DNA from: the human T2T-CHM13v2.0 reference genome, Homo sapiens
Length of the DNA stretch: 64,000 nucleotides
Strand: one strand, 5' to 3'
Assembly (NCBI RefSeq): GCF_009914755.1
Contig: NC_060939.1
This document shows, piece after piece, positions 63,496-64,000 of this stretch (within the stretch, counting starts at the first letter, position 1; the number at the start of each line of letters is the position of its first letter). A program made the position numbers and the translations under genes. Below the pieces are notes generated by a model. It saw nothing but the letters and a program-made list of their open reading frames with translations. It searched no databases and was not told the DNA's origin.

Positions 63496-64000
63496 CTATC
63501 AGGAAGCAGAAGACTTGCATGCTGGAGCATCTTGGTGGAAAAGCCCCACATCTCCACTGCATTGCTTAAAGGCAGCTGGAAGATGGCCCCTGCCTCACTT
63601 TCCCCTTGCAAATTGCTTCTAATTAGTGCATCTAATTCATATCCAGAATACTAGTTTGAAGAGCATCTAGGTAAAGTAGTTTTGCTTTTCTAGTTTGTAC
63701 AGTACAGGTTGGCATTTAACTAACTTTGTTAGCACTCTTGCCACCAAATTGTTTGTTTGTGATAAACTTGTGGTCCATAGGAACCCTAGATTTTTTTTCT
63801 CCAAAACTTGCCCCAGGGTACATTGTGTGGGGGCGTTGTGTGTGGAAAAATTCAAAGGCTTTTGTTGCAGTCTCTTTCAGAGAGATGCCAGAATTTGCCA
63901 TGGGAACAAAGAAAACATATAGAAACATGCTGGGTGTTTCCACAGCTTCTTATGTCTGGAAGTTGCCATTTTTCAATACATCAAATGTTGACTGTGTCTT

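Overview
Human (or very closely related primate) genomic DNA, recognisable as the FANCI-POLG locus (15q26.1). Bases 1-24 kb carry the last 16 exons of FANCI (+ strand, exons 23-38, stop at 23284-23286). The complete POLG gene (mitochondrial DNA polymerase gamma, 23 exons, 3720-nt CDS) runs on the - strand from about 41650 to about 23147 and overlaps FANCI tail-to-tail. The POLG transcript is multi-coding. A 23-codon AUG uORF (40715-40644) is followed by a CUG in strong Kozak context (40632) that opens a 260-codon, Met-free alternative reading frame across exons 2-3 (POLGARF/ORF-Y). That frame reads the polyQ CAG repeat as poly-Ala, and its start lies in a decayed MIR SINE. POLG intron 8 holds the MIR6766 hairpin, and a tRNA-Arg(TCG) gene sits head-to-head in the CpG-island promoter. 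Bases 43-64 kb are repeat-rich and non-coding (Alu, MIR, MER82, MLT LTRs). Other oddities: a 3'-truncated antisense SVA and inverted Alus beside the in-frame skippable FANCI exon 24, a compound (CA)n/47-bp minisatellite, a perfect hairpin abutting the FANCI poly(A) signal, and a retrocopy-like AATAAA+poly(A) insert in POLG intron 21. Gene names and exon numbers are from recognition of the sequence, not a database search. Repeat boundaries are approximate.
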